Shown: positions 38,560 to 53,043 of the stretch, in pieces
Layout of the letters: each line of letters begins with the position of its first letter
Position numbering within the stretch: the stretch's first letter is position 1
Assembly (NCBI GenBank): GCA_043228905.1
Contig: JBHGNT010000005.1
Location: 19,964,001-20,028,000, forward strand
DNA: 64,000 bases
DNA from: Azolla caroliniana
Taxonomy: Eukaryota > Plantae > Polypodiophyta
Direction of reading: 5' to 3'
Translations under genes and position numbers: made by a program
The notes under the pieces: generated by a model
Told to the model about the DNA's origin: nothing
Databases searched by the model: none
Seen by the model: only the letters and a program-made list of their open reading frames with translations

Positions 38560-40400
38560 GGGGGGGTGCGTCATGTAATGCCACTAAAAAACTTGAATAT
38601 GCATTTGAGGAAATGATCCTCACATCCTCTAACATCCAGAAGTTCAACATAAGAATACCTTTCAACTTCTTCATATAGGCTTTCGCCCCATCTCTACCAT
38701 CAAATATGAAAGCATTACGCATATTTCAATTGTGTTGTAGTCCCCAATATCGTAACAATTGGAACAATATCTCCATCTCGTCATTTGGACCATTTTGAAT
38801 ATACTGAGAAAAAACCCATTGTTCAGGTCTCAAATAACAACGGGTCAAAACTTGCCAAACATCCGATAAGTATTTCCAAATGATACACACTATAGGAAAT
38901 TTAATGAATCGTATATGTTGAGGACATGTATGTGGATCCAAGAGGTTTCTATGATGTGGTTTTCTAATCATCAGAAAACTATACTACTTTGATGGCGAAG
39001 GTACCAATATTTGTTTATAGAAGATTAGTGCATGTGATGGAATGGGTTCCCGTGGTGGATTATAAAATAACCATGTCCAATTTGGGTGACAATTGATTGT
39101 AGTAACACATTCTTTTGGGAATCACTACTAGAATTGATGTCTAAAATTGGTAAAGTTTTGGTTGCTCCTCATGCTAATTCTTTGAACAACTGTAGATTTT
39201 GCATGTTATGGGACACGAGTTGTAAACTTCCAGGATGATTGAGTATAAATACATCTCAATTTATTCGATTTTGTTTTAAGCTTCAATGGGAGACTTTTGC
39301 AAGACATTGTTTTAAATATGGTCAAGTGGGGCATTTTGTGGTTGGGTGCCAATATCATGGTGAACTATCCACGGAAAATTATGTCAAAGAAAAAATAAGG
39401 AAGATGTTGAGAAGAATATTGTCATATCAACGTGGGTCATGGATCAAGTAACATGTCATGGGTTAGAGTGAGATTCAAAAGTTCATGGTCATGTTAGAGG
39501 TGTTGAAGATAAAGAGTGGCATCAAGTGGAGCATAAGATAAAAGGGAAGGGTGTTGCCATGTAAAGGGACACAAAAAGTACTAATGGTAAGAAATTACCA
39601 AAAGATACTTTGAGAATAAATGAGGGCTTTAAGGAAAATCCTTGGCAAAAGCTATTGTGAAATCAAAGATTGTCTAAACAATTTACAATTAGATTCTTCA
39701 AGAAGGGTGGTGTGACCTCGATTTAATCAAGGACTTCGTACTCGTGGGGCTAGACAACAAAACTCTATTATTGGTGGAGGGGACGTAGTGCACATGAATC
39801 CTTATGTGCCTCTTGAACAAGCAGTTAGTACATTTATGAACGCACTTGGTTATAAAAAGCAAGTTCTTACTAAAGGTGTTAAATGAAAGTGGTATCACGG
39901 AATGTGCGAGGGGCATCAGATCATTTTCCCATATGTTTTGAGTTTAATAAACATGCGGTAGATATATACAAAACATTACTTGATAGAGTTCCTTTGACGG
40001 TTAATTCTTCTTTATTATTTCATTCCTTATTTTATGCTTGTATGCAACAAATTTTCAGCATGTTTTCAGAACATGTTAATTCAAAAGGGATGACATGTAT
40101 TAGATACAACATTAAAAAACAACAGTGATATTCATCGTATTACTATGTATGGTATGACTAATGCTAAAAGATGTAAGCAATTGATTGATAAGTTTTCACA
40201 TATTCTTACACGATGCAATGTACTATTGATGAATAATCTGCATGATGAAGAGCTTTTGGAACAACACGTTCAGTTACAAGACATTGTAAAGAATTTGTAT
40301 TGTCAAAAGTTATCAGAAGGCAAGACCATCAATTACAAGGAATGTTTTTCAAGGATTAAGACCATCATATGCTCATTCGAATGTGATGCAAATTAAAGAT
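38560..40400 (+). mobile_element. Heavily degraded L1-like LINE remnant (ORF1 knuckle and endonuclease end)
   Basis: HCFKYGQVGHFVVGC (decayed CCHC) at ~39300; GASDHFPI at ~39910; boundaries approximate. Confidence 0.55.
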
Positions 40401-42143
40401 TGGGGATGACATTGTTGTAGACTCACTGGCATTATGAATGAAATAAACCATTGTTTAATCCATGATACCAAAGGAAGTTTACTAATGAAATACAAAATAA
40501 CATGGCGATCATAGAACTTGTCAAAACGTCTCCATCCTATATGACATCCTCTTCCACACAATCCTTAGCATCTTTCTCTTTTTTTTTCATAAAATCCAAA
40601 AGAATAAGCATTAAAAAACCATTATAACATAATCATCCCCAATAACATCTTTCCCATAGAGAATTGTAGCATATAATGTTTTCTCATGATCTGTAGAATC
40701 GATACATTTTTGCCGTTTGTAATTTTCACAACCATCATTACAACCACATCCATCGACAGTCATCAACTCACTTCCTGTGTCATGTCAGACATCATAACAG
40801 AGATTGAGAGAACAAACCTGAGACGATGAAAATTTTCCTTGTAACTTCTTGCATCAACCACAAAACCTAATGTCCAAATAATTCATTGGAAAGCTCTCTA
40901 AACAAGCTTCAAAGAGCCAAAAATCACAAAAAACAAAGTTCTAAGTGCAAAGTTACATCAAAAACATGTTTCAACACTATCATTGGAACGTCAAAACTCT
41001 CTCTCTCTCAAACTACCAACACAAAGGCTTTCGTAAAAAGCCTAACAAGCACAATATTTATTACACCATATATTTTCTCTTAATTAGTGTATCTTGTTTA
41101 TCTTACCCTTAAAATTTTGAAATTTGCCTTTAGAATTTACCCTAGCATTGATTCCCTATCGCACACTCCTTGGATCCAAAACATTCCACCCTTGCAATGG
41201 CAAAAAAGAAAACAAGGAATTAGATTTAAGAATGTGCTCCTCCCAAGTGGTATTATATACAATTATTAAATCTTACTGATTAATTTTGAATTTATAGATT
41301 GGCTTAGATCTCAAACGGCTTGTTTACACATTGAGAAATGTTTCTAGTAATTAACGGCATGGAGAATAAATCAGCATGAATTGTCAGATCTTTAATGGTT
41401 ATGGCCTTGTTAGAACCAAACAGCTCTTCCAAGAGACAACATGAAAATAGTAGTGCCAACACTACCGAGAAGACAATGTATATGCGAAACACGCTTTGGC
41501 ATATCACCTTTTCCAGTGTAAGGGGTGAACATGTGTGAACCATGTGCACTCGCACAACATTGTCATCTAAATTTAATGGTATACGAGTTAGCTAGACTCA
41601 ATTTTATAATTTAGCTGTTCTCTTCAATTGATATGCCTCTACATTCAGTTAGTTGTACTGTCATACAGAGAATACACATTTTTTCCATGCAAAACTTAGT
41701 TCACTTATTTCGTGGCCACTTTTCCATTCGCATTTTGCTTGCACCATCATTGTGAATGTGCATTTTTTTCATATGCACAATAGATAATTCACTTACTTTG
41801 TTGACACTTCTATCATGTTTTTTTTATACACCACAATACGACTTCCTCCATATGCTTTGCCCTAAAGAAGTTAGAGAACAATAACTGGGGTTGCCACTCT
41901 CTAGTGTATGACATCTATTGACGAGCACGTGATCATTGTTGGGCTCAACCAAGAATATTCCTCATTCCTTTCAAAGCCAAATCCAAAAAACCATATACAT
42001 CTCTTCCTAATTAACTTTTGATTAAGGTTTTCCATCACAAACACTAAACATAATAATATCCACGACTGCTTTTGCCACATGACAATTACACGCATAATAG
42101 TAAAAAGCACATAACCCATCTTGTCTGTACAAAACATGTCTGT

Positions 42144-45060
42144 CTATGCTCTGGCTGAGGGCTTTCTCATTAGCTCTTGCTCTTTTTGCTTCACACCGAG
42201 TTTCTGCGAAACTTGCGCGTCGGTTAAAGGCAAATAGTAAATGTGAGGTTTAGCCTTGGTCTTGCGGAACAAATCATCTAGAGTTAGAACTTGAGGCTCC
42301 GGCTCCTTGTGAACTTGAACTTGTGTTAACCTTTCCCTCAAAGGAGGGGGGGGTGGTAAAGCATTCAACTGGCCATGAGAAGGAGTTGACAAAGAAGACT
42401 TATTATGCGGAGGTGGAACAGATGCTTGAGTAGCATTAACAGTCTTCTCTAGTATACCCTCGGATCTTGCCTTCACATCATTTGGATCAACAAATTCTGC
42501 CACAAGCAAATTACCGAAAGATGGGGGCCATTTCTTATTATATAGCCCATTTCGCGCCGCAGTTGCTTCATCCACAGAAGAATACTGTTGATGCAACAAA
42601 ATTGTGATGAGATGAGCATCATATAAGATATGTAAGAAAATACGAACATCCAAGGACATTACCATGCAAACATCACGTAAGTGGCAACAAAAATACAAGC
42701 ACCCCATGAGATCCCCATGTAAATATGATGTGAAGATAACAGCAAATACAAACATACATGTGATCCCTCCATGAACATCATATAAGCGGGAAGAAAAATA
42801 CAAACATCACATGAGATATCCATGCAAGAAAACGCTGACCTATGAGAGCAATCTCTGTAGACTTCATATAGAAATACAGAGTACACAAATCCCATGTAAA
42901 GAGTTCCATACCGTTATGTAGCAATGTGTCTTTATTTGATCCATCCAAAAATCAACCCTTGTTCCAAATTCTGCCAGCATGTCTTTTAAAGCATTCAATG
43001 TAAATGGCCGAACAAACCTTTCAATCTTGAGGGACGTTGTAGGAGGTCTTACCGGAGCAGGAACTGAAATACAAATCCAAGTAAGGGCTTAAAAATCACA
43101 AAAAAAAAAGGAAAAAGAAAAAAAAAAGGAAGTTATGATTATGACCAACTCGTTTTGTGCCATTTGCTTCAGGTTCCGATTTAGGTATAGTTGTATTCAT
43201 CTTTGTTGCTGCAGCTATCTTTGGGGAAGGTTTAGAAACACCAACAGAAGAGTTCTGCTTAATCCCTGTTGTTGCAAGTACCTTCGAAGATGATTTAGAC
43301 ATCCCAGCAGGAGACCCTTCAATAATATCTGGTGAGGTGATTTCCTTTACAGTATCCATGGTCAGGGGCTTAGTAATCTCGACTTGAACGTTATTACTAG
43401 AACTCCATCGCCTCACTCTTTTGGCAGGCTCTGGCTGTTTGAGATCAGCCCCTGAAAACATAACAGAAATAAGCAAATATTCCAAGAAGATATAATAAAA
43501 TCTAATAACCCTACCTTCATCCTTCCTTTTCTGGATAGATCTAGACTCAGTTTCATCCGCACTGGACTTTGAAAGGATCTCCTTTCTTTCTTCCTCTTCT
43601 GATATTCGACCACTTCCACTTTCAGTTCTGATTATGTCCTGTGTATATTCATGGTGCACTTTTGTGCCATCAAACACATCATCTGATTTGCCTTGCTTGG
43701 ACAAATCAGCTGTATAGTCTGCTCGGTCTTTAGATGCATCAAATATTCTTTCTGTGGGTAGATTTTCAACATTTATCAGTTCAGGCTTACATGTTGCATC
43801 TATTTTTAGCTCTTTTGTCTCTTCATCTTTGATCGCACAAGGCATGGCCTCAGAATTAACTAGGACAGATTTTTTATGATCCAAATTCTTCTCAATATTA
43901 TCTTCTTGCATAGTTTCCTCCTCTGCAATCATACTAGCATCTGATGACGGTCGTGTTGACTCATTCTCTAATGATTCTATTTTGATATCTCGAATAACCT
44001 CACGATGTTCCACTTTACCTTGGATATCTTCCATGTTGATCTTCTCCAAAGTCCCAATACCTTGACTATCATGATATTGCCCAATAGATATATGCTCTAA
44101 TACCGAGAAGCCACCATCCTTTACAACCACTGAGCTCTGTGAACCTGGTACATTAACATCATTCTCATTCTTTGTTGAGTTATGCTCTGGTGGCAGGATC
44201 TCATCATCAATCATGCCCATTGTGTTATCTGACACTGGTATATTAACGTTGTTTTCCTTCGTTGAATGATCTTCCGATACCAAGGACCCACCATCATTCA
44301 TGCTCACTGAACTATCCAAAACTTGCATGTTAACATCACCATCAATTCTTCTTGCCTGTACTGATTCCTGCAACAACGAGACACTGACATTCACAACATG
44401 AGTGCTAAGAGTGTCGCTAATTATACCCTCATTTTCACTCAGGATATCATTCCGAGATACTGAGGCATCACCTATGCTCGCATTTTCCTCGACGATGTCC
44501 ACCATCCCCACATCACATGCTATATTTCTAGATTCCACTGAAATATAACCTATATCAACATTGCCACTGATAGCATTGTCCACCAATGGCAAGTCCTCCT
44601 TCATTGGAAATGGCAAATCTTCCTTTGCTATATCAACACATTCATCAATGGCTTTATCTAATAGTGGAAAGCCTTCTTTTACAAGCAAATGCCCTCCATC
44701 TACATCAATATTCCCCTCTTTATCATCCAAAGTATCTCCCTTGATTTCATTCTTTATGCCTTTCTCCTGGCAATCAATAGTTTCTTCTTCATCCTCAGGA
44801 CTTTCATCATTTTCTTTGTGCTGGGGAGCTGTTAATGCTTCTTGTTGAGCTGTCGTATCTATATTATCATGCAAATAGACATTGTTTGAAACTTCGATAG
44901 GATCTTGCGACTCTTTCTTTATAGACTCTTCTAACCTTTCACAAAGATCCTTTTTCACACCTTTAAGGCTTAATCCTCTCTTTTTGAGCTCTTCTCTGAG
45001 TTCTGCTACTTTGAGTAGGTCAAGAGGTCGGCCTGAAGGCGAATGAAGCGGACTCGACAT
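42144..45060 (-). CDS. ACINUS: ACINUS (SAP domain, RRM, RSB motif); exons 45060-43515, 43451-43146, 43063-42912, 42584-42144
   Basis: SAP LKVAELREELKKRGLSLKGVKKDL; KRVRRW; RRM SLKIERFVRPFT..FWMDQIKTHCYITYSSVDEA..LYNKKWP..LVAEF; RSB TLDDLFRKTKAKPHIYYLPLT; GT-AG introns in phase. Confidence 0.93.
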
Positions 45061-45804
45061 AGCTTTTTTCAATTAAGGCTTATTTCTTCTGCTACTGGAG
45101 GACACAAGACCTGAGATATACACCCAAAGGAGATAAGATGGGCAAAATGCACAACCATGCAAAAATGCAGAATGCAGAAATTTTCGTACAAAAGAAAGTA
45201 AAAGAAACGGATTGAATTGTGAAATAGGTGATTGAAAGTAGAACAAAGAAAGTGATGGAAATAAAATCCAGTAAGTTTGAAAAAATCGAGAAGGCTTCAA
45301 AAACCAATCACACACCAAAGAATAACATTAAAAGAAAAACAAAAAACAAAAAAATCTAAAAGAGCTTCAATAAAATCTATGCAGAGAAGCTAGAAAGAAG
45401 CAAAAGAAGGAGAAGGAATGCAGACAAAAAAAAATGAAATAAAGCTCCCCTAATTGGAATCCTTTTTTCGGAGGTCCGGCAGATCTGGTATGTCGATTAA
45501 GTTGGAGAGGACAGCTTCGAAGACGTCCAAGACAAAGGACAAACCGTCCAAAACAAGGCGTAGTCCTTCGATTAGCATCAGCGATCCTTCAAAAAAGCAC
45601 AGCAATCAATCCTTCCAAAGCAACAGCATGATAGAGAATACGAAGAAGAAGAAGGCGATGGCGAAGAACAAAGATGATGAAGCAGAAGATAGCGAAGCAG
45701 GAGCAGAAGAAGAAGCAGAAGCAGAGGCAGAGAGAGGAGGAGGAGGGGAGAGAGATTTTTTGGGTTTCTGAGGTCTTAAGGTTTCCATAGAAGGTCGTTT
45801 GTTT

Positions 45805-45817
45805 TAGGGTTTATATT
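45805..45817 (-). promoter_or_regulatory. TATA-like element and telo-box upstream of ACINUS
   Basis: Minus strand aatataaacccta, followed by a pyrimidine-rich leader; telo-boxes are common in promoters of plant RNA-processing genes. Confidence 0.45.
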
Positions 45818-45903
45818 GGGGTGACCGTCGGCTGCCGGTCAAGCCCCCGCCTGGATTACCGGCTAACCCAAATGCTCCCGGCATTCAACCTTCCGTCCGG
45901 CGA

Positions 45904-45935
<32 letters not shown>

Positions 45936-45964
45936 TCTTCTCTTTTTTTTTCTCCCTAAATTAT

Positions 45965-46275
45965 TAACAATCGGCAACGGCTCGGAACTGAACCGAACCG
46001 AACCGTGAATCCATGGCTTAACGGTTTCAAGGGTTCAGCTCGGTTTGGAAGGTTTTATAAAACGGTTCGGTTCGGTTTCAAGAGTCAGAAACCGCGGTTT
46101 AAACGGTTAAACAGTTGTTGTTATTGTTTGTTTTTTTTTTTTTTAAATAATCTTTTCATTTTTAGACCTTATTCTCACATTTTAGGAACATCTTTACAAT
46201 TTTAAATTTGACCTAAGTTGAAAACCGAACCACGAAACCGCGGTTTTAACGGTTTAATGGTTTGAAAAATGTTTA
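45965..46275. mobile_element. One end of the same TIR/MITE family as 6898-7340
   Basis: taacaatcggcaacggctcgg matches the reverse complement of the 7340 terminus; aaccg repeats; second TIR not found. Confidence 0.65.
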
Positions 46276-46447
46276 ACTATATCTATGTATGTTTGTTATT
46301 AAAAGAAGATGATAATACAAAAACCACTTACAAGTTGACAAAATACTTCCTGCTATTGTTGCCCGAATTTTTGATATAACCATCCAAATGGCTTTTATCA
46401 ACCACTGGCATGTAATGAACTTGTGTGTGGCACCTTCGTCCACCACT

Positions 46448-46872
46448 TGTACCAAGAAAAACATGTCCCATTCGAATATGCCTTCATTTTAAATCCATCG
46501 CCAAAGACACACCTTTTGCAGGAAATGGAAAATGAGATAGTAATCCTACATCGAAAACTCAACATCAGCACATTACATGTCGAGCAATGTGTCATGTATC
46601 CAAAACCTTATTCGCTAACCAAAGTCTATCTTCGACCAACTTATAGTATACATTATTAGTGTACCAATAAAAACATGTCCCATTCGAAATATGTCTTCGT
46701 TTCTATGCCATCGCCAAAGACACGCCTTTGCATGAAATAGAAGATGAGGCTACCATCCTACATCTAAAACTCAACGTCACCACTTTACATGTCGAGTAAC
46801 GTGCCATGTATCAGAAACCCTATTTGCTAACCAAGATCTATCTTTGACCAACTTATAGTATACATCATTAGT
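46448..46872. repeat. ~210-bp diverged tandem duplication
   Basis: tgtaccaa..aaacatgtcccattcgaa..gaccaacttatagtatacat occurs twice. Confidence 0.85.
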
Positions 46873-47061
46873 TGCCCCACAATTATCGATTTCGCAATAT
46901 CAAATGACCAATCTTTCCATGGTTCCTCAACCACCAACTCTGGAATCGGGAAAACTAAACCAAGCAATGCCATATATTGATTGCCAAATATACCCATATC
47001 CACCTGGTTTATGAAACTTATTTTTTATTGTCTAAAAGGCCATCATTTTCCTACATGACTC

Positions 47062-50000
47062 TATGAGGAACCACTCTCAGCCACAACCGAGTTCCAAACT
47101 CACTATGGAAGAAATAGAATAAGAAACAATAGATTGATGCACTTACACAGGAATAAGTCGACGCAAAATGTTATCGTGGAAAACCTCGAGAGGCAAAACC
47201 ATGGGAGTCCACAAACTCCAAACTGGATCACTAAGGAAAGAAAATAAGGATACAAGGTAGACATAGAGGCAATGACCTTCTACTCAGTATCTTTGCCCAC
47301 AGACGGTTACAACAGGTACAATTTCTTGTATCTCACACACTCTCTCTGTACGATAAGTTCAATAAGTTTTGTTCAATAAGTTTTGCCCTAGTTATTTATA
47401 CTCATATAACTTACGGGCTATTTACAAGTATGGCCTCAACAGGCACATCTAAACTTAATTACCAATGTGTCCCTACTTCTGGTTCACGCCGAATCTGATT
47501 TGAATACCTTCTACATCCATTTGATCCCATCCGGAGGGACCGGTTTTCCCAACAAACTCCCCTTTCACCCCGACATGGGGTAACTTGCCAATCCGGTCCA
47601 TCTTCGGCACACATCCAGCTTCTCAGCCGTCAACACCTTGGTCAGCACGTCCAACCCGTTCTCCTCCGTGTGTATCTTCATCAACGAAAAATCTTTCTCT
47701 TCTACCTTCTCCTGAAGCCAGTGATATCTCATCTAGATGTGCTTGGTCTTGGAATGGTAGGCTACGTTCTTCGCAAGGTAGACGGCACTTTGATTGCCGC
47801 AGTAGAGCCAAAATTTCTCCTATCGGATCCCTAACTATCCGATGAAGTCCTTCATCCAGATTACTTCCTTGTTGGCTTCTACAACAGCCATGTACTCATC
47901 TTCCGTTATCGATAGTGCCATGGACTTCTACAACCTTGACTGCCACGATACCGTTCCCCCTACATAGGTCATGATGTATCCGGATTTTGACCGGCTGGTA
48001 TCTACATCAACCTACATGTTTGAATCCGTAAAGCCTTCCAATATGGGTTTACCTGAGCCGAAACGGAGGCACATGCTCGAGGTGCCTTTCAAGTATCAGA
48101 GGATCCACTTGACAACAATCCAATGCTCTCTTCCAAGGTTGCTCATGAACCGGCTAACCACTCTCGACTACATATTTGATATCTAGACGAGTACACACCA
48201 TTGCATACATTAGGCTTCTGATTGCTTAGGCATAAAGTATCTTCATCATCTTAGCTTTCTCCGTCTTTGTTTTCGGACTTTGCTTTCCGAACAGCTTGCA
48301 GTTTCCCGAAAGTGTCGACCCGACCAGCTTCGCATATGCCATGTTGAACCTTTGGAGCACCTTTGTCATGTACTTCTTTGGTGACAGCCACAATAGCTTC
48401 TTTGTCTGATCCTGGACTATGTGCATCCCCAGGATCTGTCTCGCTGGACGCATATCTTTCATTGAGAAGGACCTGTTCAAGGCCTTCTTCAGCATCCCGA
48501 TTTTGATACGTCTCGTTCAACAATCAACATGTCATACACGTACAACAAAAGTATTAGGAAGTCTCCTCCGTCGAACTTCTCCACGAACTCGTAGTGGTCG
48601 GCCTGCATCTTGTGGTATCCTTGGTCGGTCATAAAGGAGTTTATTTTCCGGTACCATTGTCGGGGAGCTTGCTTCAATCCGTATAAGCTCTTCTTCAACC
48701 GGCACACCAGGTTCTCCTTCCCTTTCTTGATGAATCCTTCTGGCTGTTGCATGTAGATCTCCTCTTCAAGGTCACCGTGCAAGAACACTGTCTTGACATC
48801 TAGTTGCTCAACCTTGAGGTCCATGCTTGCCGCTATGCTCAAAACCGTATGGATGGATGTCGTCTTCACTACTGGGGCAAAGATCTCGTCGAAATCCACT
48901 CCTGTCTTCTACGAGAAGCCCTTCACCACAATGCGGACTTTGTACCTTGGTGGATTTCCGACGTCTCCCGGTTTCAACTTGTACACCCACTTGTTCCGAG
49001 AGTGCCCTCTTTCCTTTCGGTAGCTCTGTCAATTCATATGTAGGGAGTCCATCTCATCCTGCATGGCACTTAACCACTTGCGATTGTGAGTGTCTTTCTT
49101 TGCTTCTTCGAAGCTCTCCGACTCCCCCTCGTCGGTCAGCAATACATGCTCTTCATTCGGAAATCTTCGAAGGGACCTTCTCTCTCTAAGAGGGTATCTT
49201 CTTCTTTGGTTCTCTACCACCGGTTCTTCATCCGAATCTGATTCAGGGTCTTCTTCGGTTTTGGTGTCCAGTCCTTCGGTCGTTCCGGTTCCTTTTCTGA
49301 ATCTGACTCCCGATTGTTGATCCGAATTCAATCGACTCTCCATGTTCTTTAGTCGGTTCTCAACTTCCGATTGTTCGAAAGGATGTGGTCTTCGTTGGCT
49401 CACAGTCGACAATCGTCTTCTCCTCCATGAAAACTATGTCTCGACTCTAAATGACCTTCTTGTCGACTAAGTCCCATAGTCGGTAGCCGAATTCGTCGTC
49501 ACCATATCCAAGAAATATGCATGGCCAAGTTTTCGGGTTTAGCTTTCCCCGTTTGTCCTTTGCGGTATGCACATAAGCAAGACAACCAAACACCTTCAGA
49601 TGCCAGTACGAAATGTCTTTGCCGGTCCACACTCTCTATGGTACATCTCCGTCCAAGGGTGTTGAGGGTGATCTGTTTATCACATACGTCGTTGACATCA
49701 GCGCCTCAGCTCAGAACATCTTGGATAACTTGGCATGTGCGAACATACTCTAGACTCTCTCCGTTAAGGTTCGGTTCATTCTCTCATCCAATCTATTAAA
49801 CTCTGGCGTCTTCGGCATAGTGTACTCGAGCCGGATTCCCTTTGACCGGTAGTACTCCTCGAACTGCCCTCGGTATTCACCTCTCTTGTTTGCTCGGACT
49901 ACTTTCAGCTTCTGAACGATTTCTCTTTATACTCTCGAATGAAAATCCTTGAAGACGGACAATACTTGGTCCTTCATCTTCAACGTGGAGACCCACAACT

Positions 50001-51067
50001 TCCGACTGTGGTTATCTATGAACATCACAAAGTACTACGTTCCGGCATGTGCCTTCGTGTCCACGGAACATACATCGGTATGCACGAGTTCAAGCAGTGC
50101 CTTCCATCTCATCGGTGGTCTTGACTGGAAAGATGTTTTGTTCTGCTTGCCAGCCAAGCAATCAATGCACTTCTCAAGTTGCACGTTCTTCACCTCTGGA
50201 ATGAGGTTATATTCAGCAAGTTTTCCCATCCCCTTCTGGCTCATGTGACACAACCTCTTGTGCCACATCTCACCGGTAGTGTCGGATGCCACATTTACTT
50301 CCTCCCGACATATCCGGGCATGCATCAAGTATAGTGTATTGATCTTCCGGGCTCGGGCCACGATCGGGCTTCCCCTGTAGAACTTCATGGTGTCGTTCGG
50401 ATGCTACCCGTGTAAATATCATCATCCAGCCAATCGGTTGATATTAGGTTCAGTCGAACCTCTGGAACGTGTTGGACATCTTTCAATAGCAGCTTGCACC
50501 CGATTGACATTGTCAGCCACATATCTCCTATGCCGACAATTCGGCATGATCCGTCATTCCCCATCATTACACAGTCGTGATCTCCGGCTCTGTATGATGA
50601 GAAGGACTTCCGGTCGGGGGTCAAATGAAACGACGCTCTAGAGTCGACCACCCACGTCGTTTTGTCGCTGACAAGGTGTAGCTCACTCTCCTCAATGATG
50701 ACCAGTAATTCTTGTTCACTTATCGCGATTGCTGATGTTCCTCTTCTTTCCGAAATCTTCTTCAATTCGGAGTCGTCGGCTCCCCCTTTTGCTCAATATC
50801 TTTGCCCACAGACGGTTACAACAGATACAACTTCTTGTATCTCACTCTCTCTCTTTGTACAGTGATAACCACTAACTAATTGACAACACTCTATGTTCAA
50901 TAAGTTTTGCCCTAGTTATTTATACTCATATAACTTACGGGCTATTTACAAGTATGGCCTCAACAGGCGCATCTAAACTTATTTACCAATGTGTCCCTAC
51001 TTCCGGTTCACGCCGGATACCTTCCAGATCCATCCGATCCCATCTGGAGGGACTGGTTTTCCCAACA
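47062..51067 (-). mobile_element. Ty1/Copia element E, related to A, internally deleted
   Basis: 3' LTR 47062-47554 with PPT (rc aactcccctttca); partial 5' LTR ~50789-51067; WVVDSRASFH, LELVHTDVC, HLKVFGC, LKKSLYGLKQAPRQW; flanks gactc/aattc (weak TSD). Confidence 0.85.
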
Positions 51068-52333
51068 AATTCTAAGATAGCATCTTGCATAGTTACCAAG
51101 CCCAACCTTGTCATTCGATTGAATTGTGAGTGTAGACTTTCCTTTCCATCCCAATGTAATATCCTTGAAGCTGCTAACTCTTTACTGCTAAAGAATTACT
51201 ATCTTTTTTGCACTCAAGGGGTCTCCAGTTAAACAATTGCAAACATTGCTACCAAGAAAAACACTAATTGTTGAACCATAATAGAATTTGAACATTTTAA
51301 TGAATGAGCACCAATAACAACATGCCACTAAGAGGATGTAATTCTCGTTTTCCCATGGTATATATCAACCTTTTCCACAAAATAACCAATTATTTCAACC
51401 CAAGCTTGGGTGCATATGCACATATCTTTTAAAAGATTGAATCTTAGAGCCACCATATTTTCTTCTAAATTTAGTAATGTAGCTCCCCCTAACCATTTTG
51501 GGATACAATATTGTTCTTGTACCTAACTCATACCAATTTTTTATTGTTTCTTCCATAATGTATATTTAAGTGAATGGGCTAATTGGTCAAGTGATTTCTT
51601 TGTCCAAGGTGATAATGACAAAAATAAGAAATCATTGGAATCATTATAGTTTGTACCAATTTGACATGAGTACTAAATGACCAAGCTTGAGACTTCCAAT
51701 ACATAAACTTGTCTAAAATGGTTCTTGATATCCAATTTAAACATTGAAATAGTGATATATCAACACCAATAGGGTAACCTAAGTGTCGACACAAATTCCC
51801 TTGTGGCCACACCATCCGAGATCAACAACATCGACTTCCACATATTAATATGTAATCCTAACGCCAATGCAAATACATTCCACACCTCTATGGCTTTAAC
51901 TATATTATCATGTACCACTTTGAGAAATAAAAATGAATCATCCGCCAATGCTCGAGCTTTCAATTGTTTACCGGATGGTAATCCTAGTCCAATTATTTCC
52001 CCACATGTTGCCAACTCATGCATCTTCACCAAAATCAAGTGTGTGACAATTGCAAATAATAGAGGACTCAATGGGCATCTTTGTCTAAGTGACCTTGCAA
52101 ATGGTATCGCCTTAGAACTCCACCATTTAACATAATGTGTGACATTGTACCTATCCCCAACATCAAGAGAGTCAAGGCATCCTTTCACCAAAATCCATAT
52201 GAGACATAAAGTTGAGTAATAAAATACCAACTTACATGATCACATGCCTTCTCAATATCAAGTTGTATCATTACAATTTGCTATTTGGATTCCTTTGCAT
52301 AATCCATTGTCATTTGCACATTCAAAATATTAT

Positions 52334-52792
52334 TGTTGAAAATCAAGCTCAACCTAGTGCAACGTGTGAACACACCCTTTGAGAATCTATGATCACTCAA
52401 AGGCCAAGATTCACACCACTACTCTCTACACATTAACTATGTGTCATAGAATCATATTCTATCACACATAACTAATGAGTTCCATATTCCCCATGACTAT
52501 GAATCTTCACATTCCCTAAGAGAGAGTAGTTGATGTAGTGAGTTAATGAAGAGAGAGGGCGACCTTATATAAAGCACCCTTCTCCTACTTCATAGAGTGT
52601 CGGTTGTGACTCCTTGTAATGCTACATTTTGTATTTGCTATTCTCCTTGTTAATATACACCTTCTTCTTGAGTATTCTATTTTTCTTTCATCTATCTATC
52701 TTGTGTTTTCTCTTCTCTCATCTCTTTCCTCTCACACATACACATAACACATATCTCTTCTGTTGCACAAGAATCATATCTGATTCTTTACA
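52334..52792. mobile_element. Solo LTR within the LINE RT
   Basis: TG..CA ends; perfect 5-bp TSD attat; removal restores the LINE frame. Confidence 0.8.
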
Positions 52793-53043
52793 ATTATGAA
52801 GGATGTTCCTTCTTGCAATAAACCGATATTGCATTGATAAACCACAAATGGTAATATCTTTTGAAGTTGATTTGCAATTACTTTGGCAAAAATCTTATAC
52901 AACTCACCCATTAATGATATCGGTCTCCATTGAGTAAAGGAGACAGGAGATGCAACTTTTGGTATAAGTTTAAGAAGATCGATTTTCCATGAATCAGGCA
53001 TTTTACCAAAACTCCATACTTCTTGGAACAACACTATTAGACG

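Noticed and set aside
45454-45771. 105-aa plus-strand ORF
   Set aside because: Low-complexity antisense reading of the CT-rich ACINUS leader
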